DNA of 63,549 nucleotides, the filler included, from Reclinomonas americana ATCC 50394 (lineage: Eukaryota), in NCBI GenBank assembly GCA_048213135.1. It is 21 parts of 21 records of this genome, joined end to end, with 100 filler letters (N's around TTAATTAATTAA, not from the genome) between each part and the next. Parts side by side here need not be neighbours in the genome. Positions count along the whole stretch, not along the records: positions 37,109 to 40,337 come from AFZH01022743.1; positions 40,438 to 44,551 come from AFZH01022744.1; positions 44,652 to 46,722 come from AFZH01022745.1; positions 46,823 to 47,945 come from AFZH01022746.1; positions 48,046 to 49,517 come from AFZH01022748.1; positions 49,618 to 53,316 come from AFZH01022749.1; 15 more parts are not named here. The stretch is one strand, 5' to 3'. The position numbers and the translations under genes were made by a program. The notes under the pieces are model-generated. The model ran no database searches and had not been told where the DNA came from. It saw only the letters and a list, made by a program, of their open reading frames with translations. This document shows positions 38,780 to 50,717 of this stretch, piece by piece; within the stretch, counting starts at the first letter, position 1, and every line of letters begins with the position of its first letter.

Positions 38780-40846
38780 GTCCGCCTCCTTTCCACCCTG
38801 TCTCTCGCGGTTGACTGCTGCCCGTACAAACTCTGTTCTCTCGTCGCTCTCCTCTTTTCTTCTTCCTCTGTGCTTCGTCGAGAGTGCAAGTGACTTCCAC
38901 TCTGCTCAGTGGCAAGATATCTTTCCTTCTCGTTCACTCTCACTTTCTGTGATGGGGAGAGTAAGGATTCGAAGGACTTCTCTCCCTCCCTCCCTCCCTG
39001 TTTCTTTCTTCCTCTCTTTGTCTCTTGTCTCCCTGTACTCCATCCATTCCCTGATCGTGCCGTGTGCACTTCTCCTGCTTCATCGCTTCTCTCTCTCATT
39101 CTCTCTCTCTCTCTCGCTTCTCCTATCGATTCTCCTCATCTCCTTCCTCCCCCCATTCGCTCTCCCTTCTCATCTCCCTTCTCATCTCCCTTCCCATCTC
39201 CCTTCTCATCTCCCTTCCCCACCCCTTTCCCCCTCCACAGGCGCCCAATACGCCGCCGAGCGCGGCCTCGTCATTCGCAACTCCAACCCCGGCGACGCCA
39301 CCATCCTTCCGTACCTGCTCGGCCTGCTTGATCGCCTGGAGGAGGCCAAGCGCGAGCTGAAGCCGAACCCGCAGCAGGGACGCGAGGAAATGGAGGTGTT
39401 TGCGCTCAAGCTGTTTGACGCCGCCGATCGAGTGTGGGAGACACCGCAGGCGTCCAAGGTGACGGTGAAGCAGTTTTACACGTCGGCCACGATTCTCGAG
39501 GCCACCGGGCAGTTTGGCGCGTTGAGCGAGGACATTGCGACGCGCATGAATGTTGAGCATCGTGGGATTGGGGAAGGGCTCAGTAAGGAGTGGGCGCTTC
39601 TCTTGTTTCTCCCTCCTCAGTTATAGTCCTTGACCTGTTGCACGGGTCTCTCTCTTTCTTCTCTCTCTTCACTTTTTCTCTCCTCTCACTCTTTCACTCA
39701 TTCGTTCTTTCTTGCTCTCTTTGTTCTTCTCTCTCTCGCTTTGTTTCATTTATTACTTTCTTTCTTTGCTTCTTTCTCTCTGCCTCTCGGCCTCTCTCTC
39801 TCTCTCGGTCTCTCTCTTTCTCTCTCTTTTCGTTACTTACTCCTCTCTTTCTGTATCTTTCTCGCTCGCATCGTTTCTTTCTTTCTTTCTTTCTGCTTGC
39901 GCACTGTACGAAGACGGAATTTTTCCTTTCTCCGTCACTGTCATTCTTCTTGTTGTTCCTGTCTACTCTCTTGGTTTGTAGTCGTCATCGTGGGTTGCCT
40001 CGCTCGCCTCGTCGGTCTTGTTGATCTTGTTATCCTATCGCTGGCCTTACTTGTTACTCGTCAGTGTTCTCTTCGGCTGTTCCCGCGCCTTGGTGCGCAC
40101 ACGCTGAGCTGACGTCTCCCCTCATTTGGTTCCATTCTTCCCCATCCCGTTGCCCCCCTCTTCCCCTTCTCGTTCCCCTTCTCGTTCCCCTTCTCCCTTC
40201 CCCCATCTCTTCCCCCATCTCTTCCCCCTCTTCCCCCACTCTTCCCCCTCTCTTCTCCCCACTCTTCCCCCTTCCTCTTCCCCCTTCCTCTTCCCCTTCC
40301 TCTCCCTTTCCTCACTCTTCTTCTTCCCTTCTCTTCCNNNNNNNNNNNNNNNNNNNNNNNNNNNNNNNNNNNNNNNNNNNNTTAATTAATTAANNNNNNN
40401 NNNNNNNNNNNNNNNNNNNNNNNNNNNNNNNNNNNNNGGGCTTTGTCCCGCGGCCGTCGGTGCCGCAGCAGCCACCCCCGTCGTTCCCGGCGTACGGACC
40501 ACCACCCGTGTATCCCCCACCTGCGCCCGCCGCGAGTGCGCCCACGTACTCGACGTATGCGGCCCCTGCACCGGCCGCCGCCACACAACCAGCTGCCGCC
40601 TCGAATGGCCCGCCCGTCGGCGGCGCCCCGAGTGGATTCCAGCCCTTCTCGGGACCACCGCCGGCGCACTTGTCGGCCAGCGGACGGTCGTCGCACGGCG
40701 CAGTGGCCGCATCCACAGCATCACTCGACACGGTGTGCGAGGCGCAGAAATTCGCCAAGTTCGCCGTCTCCGCGTTGCAGTTCAACGACATTAATACGGC
40801 CGTGATTAACCTGCAAAAAGCACTGGATCTGCTGACCAGACAGTGA
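38019..40846 (+). CDS. VTA1: Vta1/LIP5 (Vps4 cofactor, ESCRT pathway), spanning the gap at 40338-40437
   Basis: MDVPPAALKPLLPFLKCSEELAEKHPLIAYY|CAQYAAERGL...LLDRLE...FALKLFDAADR...FYTSATILE (MIT domains); Pro-rich linker; C-terminal EAQKFAKFAVSALQFNDINTAVINLQKALDLL (VSL). Confidence 0.93.
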
Positions 40847-40947
40847 GTGCGGTTGGTGTGCGTGTGTGTGCATGACTGGAGTGTACAGATTTCAGATGTG
40901 TCAAATAGAAGAGTGCATTTAATTGTGTGGTGGTGAAGTGGCGGTGT

Positions 40948-41190
40948 CACTGCGTCGACAGCTTCCGTCGCACGGTCTCGGATTGAGAGTGTTCAACAAG
41001 ACATTACGAGTACATTGTGTGGCTGTGGAGTGTCGTGGACTCTCACTGCGTTGGCAGCACGTTCTCGGATTGACAGTGTTCAAAAGAAACTACGAGTACA
41101 TTGTGCGGTTGTGGAGTGGCGTGCACTCTCACTGCGACACTGGATTGGACGACAGCTTCCGCCGCACAGTCTTCGATTGAGAGTGCTGAG
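40948..41190. repeat. ~90-bp degenerate tandem repeat between convergent gene ends
   Basis: ctcggattga.agtgttcaa...tacgagtacattgtg.gg.tgtggagtg.cgtg.actctcactgcg twice, plus a partial third copy. Confidence 0.75.
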
Positions 41191-41280
41191 GTGCGGCAGG
41201 AGGAGAAACAAATCCCTGCACGATGCGCTAAAGTGAGATGAAAGGCAAAAGAGGGAGAGGAGACAGATGAAAGAACGCAC

Positions 41281-43797
41281 ATGGTCGAGGCGCGGAATCA
41301 GCGTGCCGTCGAACTCGAGGTACTTGTCGCGCGGGCTTCGCGGACTGCGCGGATGGAAGGAGAGCGAGAGGCGCTTCTCCTTGTGGACGGGGAGACCGAG
41401 TTTGATGGCCCGCTGGTCGAGCAACACGCCGTACGACGATGGCGGTGGTGGCGGCTGCACGAGCAAAACACAGCTGAGTTCAAGTTTTGTGCACCGGCTT
41501 CTCCCCACACCCGCGCACCTCAAACGCCAGCTGCGGATGCGGATCACCACCTGCCATCGTGCGATAGCGCGGCGACGAGCGCGTCGGTGACAGATTGAAG
41601 GGCTCTCGCGGTGGCGACGCATCGGTGGCGGTCATGGTGGCCGTGGTGTGGCGCAACTCCATGGCCGACTCGGAACGCGCGGCCGGGCGAGTGAGCTCGA
41701 ACGGCTCCAACACGCCGCTGCGGTACATGAAGCTCGACTGCCGTGCCTGGTCCTCCTTCCACGGACGCTCGTCGGAGAGGTGAGTGCGCGCCTGGTCCAC
41801 CTTCAGGTCGATGCCCTTGGTCAGCGCGCGACCGGTGATCTGGCGTGCAAAATCGGCCTTTCTGGCCTCCAACAGATCAATGTAGTCCTGCATGGAGAAT
41901 GAGAATATGAACGGAAGGGGAGGGAGGAAATAAGAGTGGGCACAGCACCGTGCGCGGCTGGTGCGGTTTCCACTCGGTCCACATGTCCTTCTTCAGTGTC
42001 TCCTCCTTGGCCTGCTTGACCTTGCTCTGCGTGCGGTCGGGAAGGTGGAAGCGAGTGACGAAATCTTGTGACGCATTCGTGTCGGCGGGTGGTGGTGCCG
42101 CCGGTGACACGGAGCGGCTGCGGCCGGTGGCCGAGGACATTGTCGGCAGCACTCGCTTGTCACGGAGGGTGGCTCGCGTGGTTGGCGCCGGTCGTGTGAT
42201 GCCGTGGCGCGGGCTGGAGAGTGGTGCGGCGCGTGGGGGGAGGGCGGGGAGGAGGTCGCGTTCTTGAGCGGTGGCGTTGACCTGCGTGGGGGGAGAAGGG
42301 GGTGGTGAGGGGAAGGGCGAGTAGAAGGGAAAGGGAGTGGTGAGGGGAAGGGGGAGAGAAGGGAAAGGGGGTGGTAAGGGGAAGAAGAGCGGAAGAGGGA
42401 AGACGGAAAGAGGGCGAGACAGAGGGAAGAGAGAAGATATAGTTGGGACGATGGAGATGGGAGAGGGAACAGAGGAGGGAAGACACAGGAAAGACGATAT
42501 AGATGGAGAGGAAGAGGGGAGAGATAAGAGGGATGATGCACAGGAAGAAGAGTGGCAGAGCGCAAGAGTGGAAGGCGGAAGACGGAAAGAGGGCGAAACA
42601 GGGGAAGTGGGAAGAGAGAAGGAATAGCAGGGACGATGGAGATGGACGAGGGAAGAGATTAGAGGGAAGAGCGGAAGAGTGGAAGTGGGGAAGGGAGAAA
42701 AGAAGAGGGGAAGAGGACGAGAAAAAGAGAGAGGAGGAGAAAGAGGGAAAGAAGACGAATGAGGGGACGAGTGGAAACGGGTAGCAAGAGGGATAGAAGA
42801 GGGAAGAAAAATGAGAAGTGTGCAGAGGTGAAGGCGAAAGGAGAGCCGCGAAGGATTGTTGGTGGAACCGTGTGATCTCTCTTTCTCTCTCTTTCTCTTT
42901 CCCAGAGAACTTGTGTGTGCATTGATTGCATGCAATAGGTCGAGTGTGAACGGAAGAGATGAAGGTGTGCAGTCGGACTCAAGATAACCCAACTACTTTC
43001 CTCTCACTTCTTCTCCTGTTCACACCTGCTGTCGTGTGCTCTTCCTCTGTTCCCGTGGTCAAATGTCCAAGGCCATCAGGAACCTAACACGATTGCTCTG
43101 TGCAGCACATACACTCTGCATTCGTCTTATCTTGGTTGCAGTCGCCAAGAGATTTCACGCTGTATGTGCCTATGTCGTGAATATCTGCTTCCATCTTGTT
43201 GGCCTCTCGCGTCTCTGCAACACTTCTCCTTTCCCCTTTACGCAACGTAGTACGCATCCTCCCGAATATCAATCGTGTTGGTCAGCGAGGTGCCGACGGT
43301 GCGCGATGCCTCGATTTGTGACGAGACAAACTGTGTGCACACATAACCGGTCAGCGACAGACCACTTGCAACGCATGCATGCGAAAATGCATACCTCGGC
43401 AAACTGTTTCTTCGCCTTGAACGAAAAATGCGCCGCTGCCGAGCCCGCTCCGGATGGTGAATCCACGGTACCGGTGGCCCAGTTGCCGACGGTGGATCTC
43501 AGCGTCCCCGTCGGTCGCAGTGGCGCGGGTTTGTCGTGTGGCTCGTGAGTGGATCGAAGCTGCGGCACCACATTAGATCGCGCCGACAAAGTGAGGGACA
43601 TGCATGACTCTTGTGTGCGGCAAACCGTGGTGTTCAGCAGGTCAAGCGGGCTCCTGGGTGGCGTGCGTCGGCCTTCCATGGGCGCAGTTTTCTTTTGTGG
43701 AGGCGGAACCTCTGCAATCAGTGAGCGAGACTCGGCGATACTGTCGAGAGCGGTGGAGGTGGCGTGGTAGCCGTCGGTGCTCATCATGGATGACATG
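41281..43797 (-). CDS. Multi-exon hypothetical protein (Pro/Ser/Arg-rich, likely disordered); boundaries approximate
   Basis: GC-rich coding-like blocks bounded by GT/AG, e.g. ...KKDMWTEWKPHQPRT|DYIDLLEARKADFARQ... joins in frame. No family recognised. Confidence 0.5.
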
Positions 43798-44503
43798 GGA
43801 GACTCGAGGCGGTGCTCCCTGTTTCGCAAGAGATGGAGATGGATTAGTGCTGACAAGGAAAATGGAGAAGCAGGAGGAGACTCACCGTGGACTCCTCCTT
43901 GGCGACTTGCCAGTGAGAGTGTCGTACATTTGCGAGGAAACAAGCGTTGGCTTGTGCGAGATAGTGGAGGCACTGCGTGGAGGACAAGGTCAGGCTTCTC
44001 TTGCTGATGGCACTCTCCCTCTCTCTCTTGTTGACGGTCTCTTCCTGTCCGTAATCTTTCTGTCAATCTGCTCTTATCCTCTCAGTCTGTCTATCTGTTT
44101 GTCTTGTTTCTCTGTTGTCACTGTCTACCTCTCTCTTTCACTTGCTGCTGGTCTCTTCCTCTCCGTAATCGTACTGTCGGTCCGCTACCTCATCCTCTCA
44201 GTCTGCCTGTCTATTTGTCTATTTCTCTTGCTGTTGTCACTCTCTACCTCTGTCTTGTTGATGGTCTCATCCTGTCCGTAATCCTTCTGCCAATCTGCTC
44301 TCATCCTCTCAGTCTGCCTGTAAATTTGTCTGTCTGTCTCTCTCTCTCCTCTCTTGTCAATGGTCTCTTCCTCTCCGTCATAATCAGTTATCTCATCCTC
44401 CCAGTCTGTCTTGTTTCTCTTGCTGTTGCCACTCTGTACACCTCGTTCTCTTGGTCTCTTCCTGTCCGTAATCTTTCAGTCTTGTGTGTTTCTCTTTCTG
44501 TTG

Positions 44504-44551
<48 letters not shown>

Positions 44552-44719
44552 NNNNNNNNNNNNNNNNNNNNNNNNNNNNNNNNNNNNNNNNNNNNTTAAT
44601 TAATTAANNNNNNNNNNNNNNNNNNNNNNNNNNNNNNNNNNNNNNNNNNNNCTGTCTCTTCCTATCGTAAGCTTTCCATGCTATCTCATCTCAGTCCGTC
44701 TATTTTGTCGCACACAAAC

Positions 44720-45324
44720 CTCTCCTGCTCAAAGGCCGCGAGGACAGGCTCGGTGCGCAGCTGCGTGCGCGGGCTCTGGACGAGCAGGGCAGTGCCGTCG
44801 GGCAGTGCGGCCGACACAATGTTGACCCAGTCGCGGACGAAGGTCGGGTCGGGGCGGCGGAGGCGGGTGGAGCAGGCGTTTTGCAGTTCCATGCGGGTGA
44901 TGCCGCGGCGGGATACTTGTGCGCGGGAGAAGAGCTGCCGAGAAAAGGGAAGGGATGAGGACAAGGAAAAGGGGATAAGGGGGGAAGGTGGGAGGAGGAA
45001 TAGAAATATATTGATAAGGGAGGTGGCATCCAATGGCGATGAGAATGCGAACGCATGATTGAGGGAAAGGAGGATGGAGTGGGGGCAGAAGGAGACTCAA
45101 TGCTCATGCTCACGATCGGCAGCAATCCATGCTCTGCCACTCTGCCTCTTCCTGTCACTGCCACGCACCTCTCGCACTCGGTCCGATTTCAACTTCAATC
45201 GGTATTGATTCCTCTCGCAGAACACCGCCAGCTCTTCCAGGGTGATCACATCGTCGCCACCGGTATCGATGACGTTGAATGCGCGGTCGATCACGTCGCG
45301 TGGTACCTCTTCGTATTTGTTGAA
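44720..45324 (-). CDS. EF-hand-containing protein, internal exons (45324-45169, 44934-44720)
   Basis: VIDRAFNVIDTGGDDVITLEELAVF is helix-12-residue loop-helix; in-frame GT-AG junction to LFSRAQVSRRGITRMELQNAC. Confidence 0.65.
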
Positions 45325-45724
45325 CTGCGCGGAGGTTGGTGAGCATTCAGGACAAGGGTGGGCGAAAAAGCACACACAGGAGACGACACGAATGAGAGAA
45401 GACAAGGAATAATCTGCAGAGGCAAGAGCCACAAGGATACTGGAGCACAGGAGGGTGGGAGAGGAAGAGAAGAGACGGAGGCAAGAGCAGAACCATCTTC
45501 GTCGAAGGGAATGCAAGTTGCTTCGATACGCAGACGGAGGAGTGCAACAGCCGGGAATGCAAGGTTGTTGCAACGAGTCGGGCAAGCAACAACCAACGAT
45601 CGAGAAGGAGGCGAGTAGAGGCTGCAGCGGTAAGGACCAGAGATTCTTCGAGACAGAGAAGACCACAAACCATGAGGAGAAAGAGAAGAGGAAAGACAGG
45701 ATCGTCTCAGGAGACAAACAAAGA

Positions 45725-46660
45725 GAATCGCGGAGCAAAGCAAGAAGCAGACAAACAGATTGGCAGACTGCGAGAGAGAGAGAGAAGGAGAAGAGAAGAG
45801 ATGAGGCTGCAGTGGGAAAGCAGGATCACCGCAGTCGACGAGACAGTCAAACGGAACGCAAAGTTCCTTCGATATATCAGGAGCAAGCAAGAAGCAGACA
45901 ATCTCAGACAGACTGCGAGAGAGAGAAGGAGAAGAGAAGAGATGAGGCTGCAGTGGACAGGAGGACTCCGTTGTCTATGAGACAGTCAAACAGAACGCAA
46001 AGTTCCATCGATATAATAAGTGATAAGCAAAGCATGATGCAAGAAACAGACAGACGACTGCGAGAGAGGCTGCAGTGGACTCCTCTGTCGAGAAGACGAA
46101 CAAGGAGATTGCAAACGATATGTGTGGAAAAGGCGAGAAGCAGACAAGCAGTCAGACAGAGTCTGTGTGTGAGAGACAGTGGGGAGAAAGAGAAAAAGAC
46201 GAGGCTGCAGTGGAAGCAGGATCACCGCTGTCGAGGAGGCAAACAAGGAGGATGCAAACTTGCATCGACATACGCGGAGCAAAGCAAGAAGCAGACAAAC
46301 AGTCTGGCAGACTGCGAGAGAGAGAGAGAGAGAAGGAGAACAGAAGAGAAGCGGCTACAGTGGAAAGCAGGACTCTGTTGTCGATGAGACAGTCGAACGG
46401 AACGCAAAGTTCCGTCGATATAATATGTGACAAGCAAAGCATGATGCAAGAAACAGACAGACGACTGCGAGAGAGAGAAAGTGAGTGGCTGCAGTGGAAC
46501 AAGGAGATTGTAATCGATATGTGTATAAAAGGCGAGAAGCAGACAAACAGTCAGACTGAGTCTGCGTGTGAGAGACAGTGGGGAGAACGAGAAAGAGAAG
46601 AGGCTGCAGAGGGAAAGCAGGATCACCGCCGTCGTGATGCAGACAAACAGTGACAGAATG
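45725..46660. repeat. Complex nested tandem repeat, probably intronic
   Basis: Recurrent gcaagaagcagacaa, cagactgcgagagag, aggctgcagtgg and gagacagtc.aac.gaacgcaaagttcc.tcgatat blocks. Confidence 0.85.
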
Positions 46661-46822
46661 CGAGAGAGAGAGAGAGAGAGAGAGGAGGAGAGAAGAAGAC
46701 GAAGGCTGACACGAAGGAACAGNNNNNNNNNNNNNNNNNNNNNNNNNNNNNNNNNNNNNNNNNNNNTTAATTAATTAANNNNNNNNNNNNNNNNNNNNNN
46801 NNNNNNNNNNNNNNNNNNNNNN

Positions 46823-47552
46823 GCGGCAGGCTGATGCGGCGCACGCCGAGTTCTTTCAGGCGCGGCAGCGGGATCAGCGGCGTGGTCGGGCGCGGGCGGA
46901 TGCCGAAGCCCATATTGATCGAAACCGGCTTGCCGCCGGCCGCCTCGACGACGCGGGCGATCTGGTCCTCGGTCTTGACGGCGTCGGGGAAGATCGCGTC
47001 GGCGCCGGCGGCGACATAGGCGCGGATGCGCTCCAGCGTCGCGTCGATCCCCTCGACGGCAAGGGCGTCGGTGCGGGCGATGATGACGAAATCGTCGTCG
47101 CGGCGGGCGAGGCAGGCGGCCTCGATCTTCTTGACCATCTCCTCCCTTGAGACGACTTCCTTGCCGGGCATGTGGCCGCAGCGCTTCGGGCTGACCTGGT
47201 CCTCCAGGTTGACGCCGGCGACGCCGGCCTCCTCGAACATCTGCACGGTGTAATGCACGTTCATCGGGTTGCCGTAGCCGTTGTCGGCGTCGCAGGTCAG
47301 CGGGATCGCGATCGAGCGGGCGAGCTGGCGGCAGTGATTAACGTTTTCGTTCAGCCCCATCATACCGAGATCCTCGACGCCGAGGATCGCATTGGCGATG
47401 GCGGCGCCGCTGGTGCAGGCGCTCTTGAAGCCGGCGGCTTCGACCAGGCGGGCGCTGTAGCCGTCATAGACGCCGGGCGAGACCAGGAACTCGCCGGAGT
47501 TGAGCAGGGCCCGGAAGGCGGCCGGAGCCGAAATCTCGCGTCTGGCGATCAT
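46823..47552 (-). CDS. Isocitrate lyase/PEP mutase family enzyme (methylisocitrate- or dimethylmalate-lyase-like); 3' truncated
   Basis: PGVYDGYSARL, TSGA, DADNGYG, EDQVSPKRCGH, IIARTDA. Confidence 0.92.
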
Positions 47553-47945
47553 GATGCTCGTTTCTCCGCATCGGTGGCGGCAGGGGATGGGGGTTCGGGA
47601 ACTTGGGCCAGCACATGGCGGCCTGCGCGCTCGACATGCGAGCGCATCAGGGATTCGGCGAGGGCGCCGTCGCGCATCTTGATGGCGCGCAGGATCTGCC
47701 AGTGCTCGGTGAAGGCGAGCTCCTTGCGCTCCGGCACGGCGCCGGAGATGCGCCGGTAGATCCGCAGCAGGTGGTAGAGATCGCCGCAGAGGCTGTCGAT
47801 GATGCGGTTGTTGCCGCTGGCGCGCACGACCCGCTCATGGAAGTCGAAGCGTGTCGTCTCGGGCGGCTGCTGGCCAGAATGCGCGGCTTCGAGATCGGCG
47901 ATCAGCGCGTCGATCTCGGCCTCGCCCATCCGCTGGGCGGCGAGG
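47549..47945 (-). CDS. GntR-family regulator, C-terminal FCD domain; 5' truncated
   Basis: FDFHERVVRASGN, EHWQILRAIKMRD...AESLMRSHV; its stop overlaps the lyase start (ATGA). Confidence 0.85.
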
Positions 47946-48045
47946 NNNNNNNNNNNNNNNNNNNNNNNNNNNNNNNNNNNNNNNNNNNNTTAATTAATTA
48001 ANNNNNNNNNNNNNNNNNNNNNNNNNNNNNNNNNNNNNNNNNNNN

Positions 48046-48428
48046 AGGCAAATGCGCTTCGCGCCGATCGCCTTCAGCGCATGGCGGATCGCGCCGCTCG
48101 CGGTCTCGACGGGAAAGCCCGCCGCCTCAGAGAGGCATGCGGCCAGAGCATCGTCGGCGCCAGCGCCGAGCCGGTAGCTCGGTCCGGTCAGCGCGACCGT
48201 CGCGGCATCGAGCTTCAGGCTGCCGAAGGTTTTCAGGGCCGGCTGGTAAGAGGCGATGTAAGCGCGATTGCGCTGCTCCAGCGTCGTATCCGGCATCACC
48301 GGCAGGCGCGTGGCGTAGAGCCGGGCGCCGGCGGAGATCAGCCGGTTCATCTCCGGCTCGACAGTCGGGTTGGCCGGCGGGACGAGCACGCCCAGAGCGG
48401 GCTGCGTAGCGAGTTCGGCGAGATCCAT
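48046..48428 (-). CDS. Asp/Glu racemase superfamily protein (maleate isomerase / arylmalonate decarboxylase-like); 3' truncated
   Basis: LGVLVPPANPTVEPEM...ATRLP...PVETASGAIRHALKAIGAKRI. Confidence 0.82.
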
Positions 48429-48436
48429 GATGTCCC

Positions 48437-49517
48437 TCAGGCGGCACGGGCAGGGCGCTCGAGCATGTCGAGCATTGCGGCGGCGGCGAGATAGTCGATG
48501 GCGCTGCTGCGCGAGGCGGCGAGATCGCGCACCTTCTGCAGCCAGTCCTCGCCGCCGGCGACGTTGCGGTCGGTGCGCGGGATCAGCATCTCTTCGGCGA
48601 CGCGCTTGCGCTCGGCTGCAGCTGCGACGACGAGCTCCGGCCGGTGCTCACGCAAGGCGCGGATCATCGCCTCGGCGAGCGCCTTCGCATCGTGGATGCC
48701 GCAATTCATGTTCATGCCGCCGCGGGTGTTGGTGACATGGGCGCCGTCGCCAGCGAGGAAGGCGCGGCCGACATGGTAGTGCGAGGCGACACGGCGGCTG
48801 GCGCCGTAGACGTCGCGCCCCAGCACCGTCGGCGGCGTGGTCCAGCTCGGCATGACCTCGCGGATGCGGTCGGCGAACCAGCCGTCCTGGAGCGCTGTCT
48901 CGTCCGGCACGTCGCCCGGCACGCGGATGATGATGCGCCAGCAATCCGGCATCTTGAGGAAGCTCAGGGATTTGCCGCCGTTGTGCAGATAAGTGATCGG
49001 CGCGATCCCCGGCAGCACCAGATCGAGATCGTCCGAGGTCATCACGCGCAGGACCTTGTGCGGATAGACCATGCCGTCGAAGGCGATGCCGAGCGCCTCG
49101 CGCACGGCGCTGCGGGCGCCGTCGGTGCCGAGCAAATAGTCGGCCGCGATAGTCAGCTTCTGCCCGTCGCGGTCTGCGGTGACGGTGACGCCATTCTCGT
49201 CCTGCGCAACCGCCTCGAAGCCGGTGCCGAACAGCATGCGGGCATTGGGAAGCGCCTCGATCTGCGCCAGCAGCAGCGGCGTCAGGCGCGCCTGCTCCAG
49301 ATGCAGCCGGAAGGGCCAGGGGGTGCGCTCGGCGGGGTCGGCGAGGATGAACTCGGCGAAGGGGCCGTCCGGCGTGCGGTACTGGATGCGCTTGACGATC
49401 TCGCCCTCGGCCAGCATCGGCTGGAGTACGTCGAGCTCGTCGAGGATCTCCAGCGTCGCCGGATGGAAGGTCGAGGCCTTGGAGGCGGCGGTGAGCGCGG
49501 CGCGCTTTTCGAGCACG
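48437..49517 (-). CDS. FAD-dependent monooxygenase (group A aromatic hydroxylase family); 5' truncated
   Basis: SKASTFHPATLEILD, DG motif GTDGARSAVR, GD motif GRAFLAGDGAH...GGMNMNCGIHDA. Confidence 0.92.
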
Positions 49518-49617
49518 NNNNNNNNNNNNNNNNNNNNNNNNNNNNNNNNNNNNNNNNNNNNTTAATTAATTAANNNNNNNNNNNNNNNNNNNNNNNNNNN
49601 NNNNNNNNNNNNNNNNN

Positions 49618-49861
49618 CGCCGATGCCGCGCCGATGGGCCGGGACGTTGTTCAGCGGCCTTCCGTCGAAGGTGATGGTGCCGCCGGACGGATCCTCGAAG
49701 CCGGCCAGCATCATCAGCGTCGTGGTCTTGCCCGAGCCGGATGGGCCGAGCAGCGTGACGAACTCGCCGCGCTCGACGGCGAAGTCGAGCGACTTCACGA
49801 CCTGCGTCGCGCCGTCATAGCTCTTGGTGACCTTGTCGAAGACGATGATGGGATCGCTCAT
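49618..49861 (-). CDS. ABC transporter ATPase (PotA-like); 3' truncated
   Basis: Walker A GPSGSGKTT, LAGFEDP, VPAHRRGIG. Confidence 0.92.
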
Positions 49862-49868
49862 GATGCAC

Positions 49869-50714
49869 TCATGCAGTCGGGCCGGATGGGGAGGCCCCGC
49901 GGGCCTGCGCGCGCTTCCGGATGAATTCGTTGAGGGCCAGCAGCAGCACCGAGAAGAGGATCAGCAGCACGGCGGCGGCGGCGATGGTCGGGCTCAGGAA
50001 TTCGCGCAGGCCGGCATACATCTGGCGCGGCAGCGTGAACTGGCCGGGACTGGCGATGAACAGCGCTACGATCAATTCGTCGAAGGAGGTGGCGAAGGCG
50101 AAGAGCGCCCCCGTCGCCACGCCCGGTGCGATCAGCGGCAGCACGACGCGGCGGAAGGCGATGGCCGGGTTGGCGCCCAGGCTCGCGGCGGCGCGCAGCA
50201 GGTTCTGGTCGAAGGTCTGCAGCGAGGCCAGCACCGTCAGCAGCACGAAGGGCACCGAGAGCACTGTGTGGGCGAGGATCAGGCCGGTCAGCGTCGAGCC
50301 GAGGCCGACGAGCGACAGCGAGAAATACATGGCGATCGCGGTGACGATGACCGGCGTCACCATCGGCAGCGACAGGATGGCGAGGAGCAGCGCCTTGCCG
50401 GGGAAACGGCCGAGGAAGATGCCGAAGGCGGCGAGCGTGCCGAGCAGCGTCGCCAGGATCATGGTGGCGATGCCGACGACGAAGCTGTTCCAGGTGGCGC
50501 TGAGCCAGCGGCTGGAGGTGAAGAAGTCCTCGTACCAGCGCAGCGAATAGCCCGGCGTCGGCAGCACCAGCAATTCGCCCGAGGAGAGCGAGAGCGGGAA
50601 GACGACGACGATCGGCGCCACCAGGAAGAGCAGGATCAGGGCCGTGACCAAAGCGAGCGCGAGGCGTCCGGCCGAGAGCTTGCGCGCCGGGGAGGATGGA
50701 GCGGTGCCTGCCAT
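49869..50714 (-). CDS. ABC permease (PotC-like)
   Basis: Hydrophobic segments, SLRWY, EAA-like RAAASLGA loop, SFDE. Confidence 0.93.
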   Translation of the reverse strand: MAGTAPSSPARKLSAGRLALALVTALILLFLVAPIVVVFPLSLSSGELLVLPTPGYSLRWYEDFFTSSRWLSATWNSFVVGIATMILATLLGTLAAFGIFLGRFPGKALLLAILSLPMVTPVIVTAIAMYFSLSLVGLGSTLTGLILAHTVLSVPFVLLTVLASLQTFDQNLLRAAASLGANPAIAFRRVVLPLIAPGVATGALFAFATSFDELIVALFIASPGQFTLPRQMYAGLREFLSPTIAAAAVLLILFSVLLLALNEFIRKRAQARGASPSGPTA

Positions 50715-50717
50715 CGC

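Noticed and set aside
46723..46822. Bacterium-to-eukaryote horizontal transfer junction
   Set aside because: The switch coincides exactly with an artificial linker, and no contig contains both sequence types.
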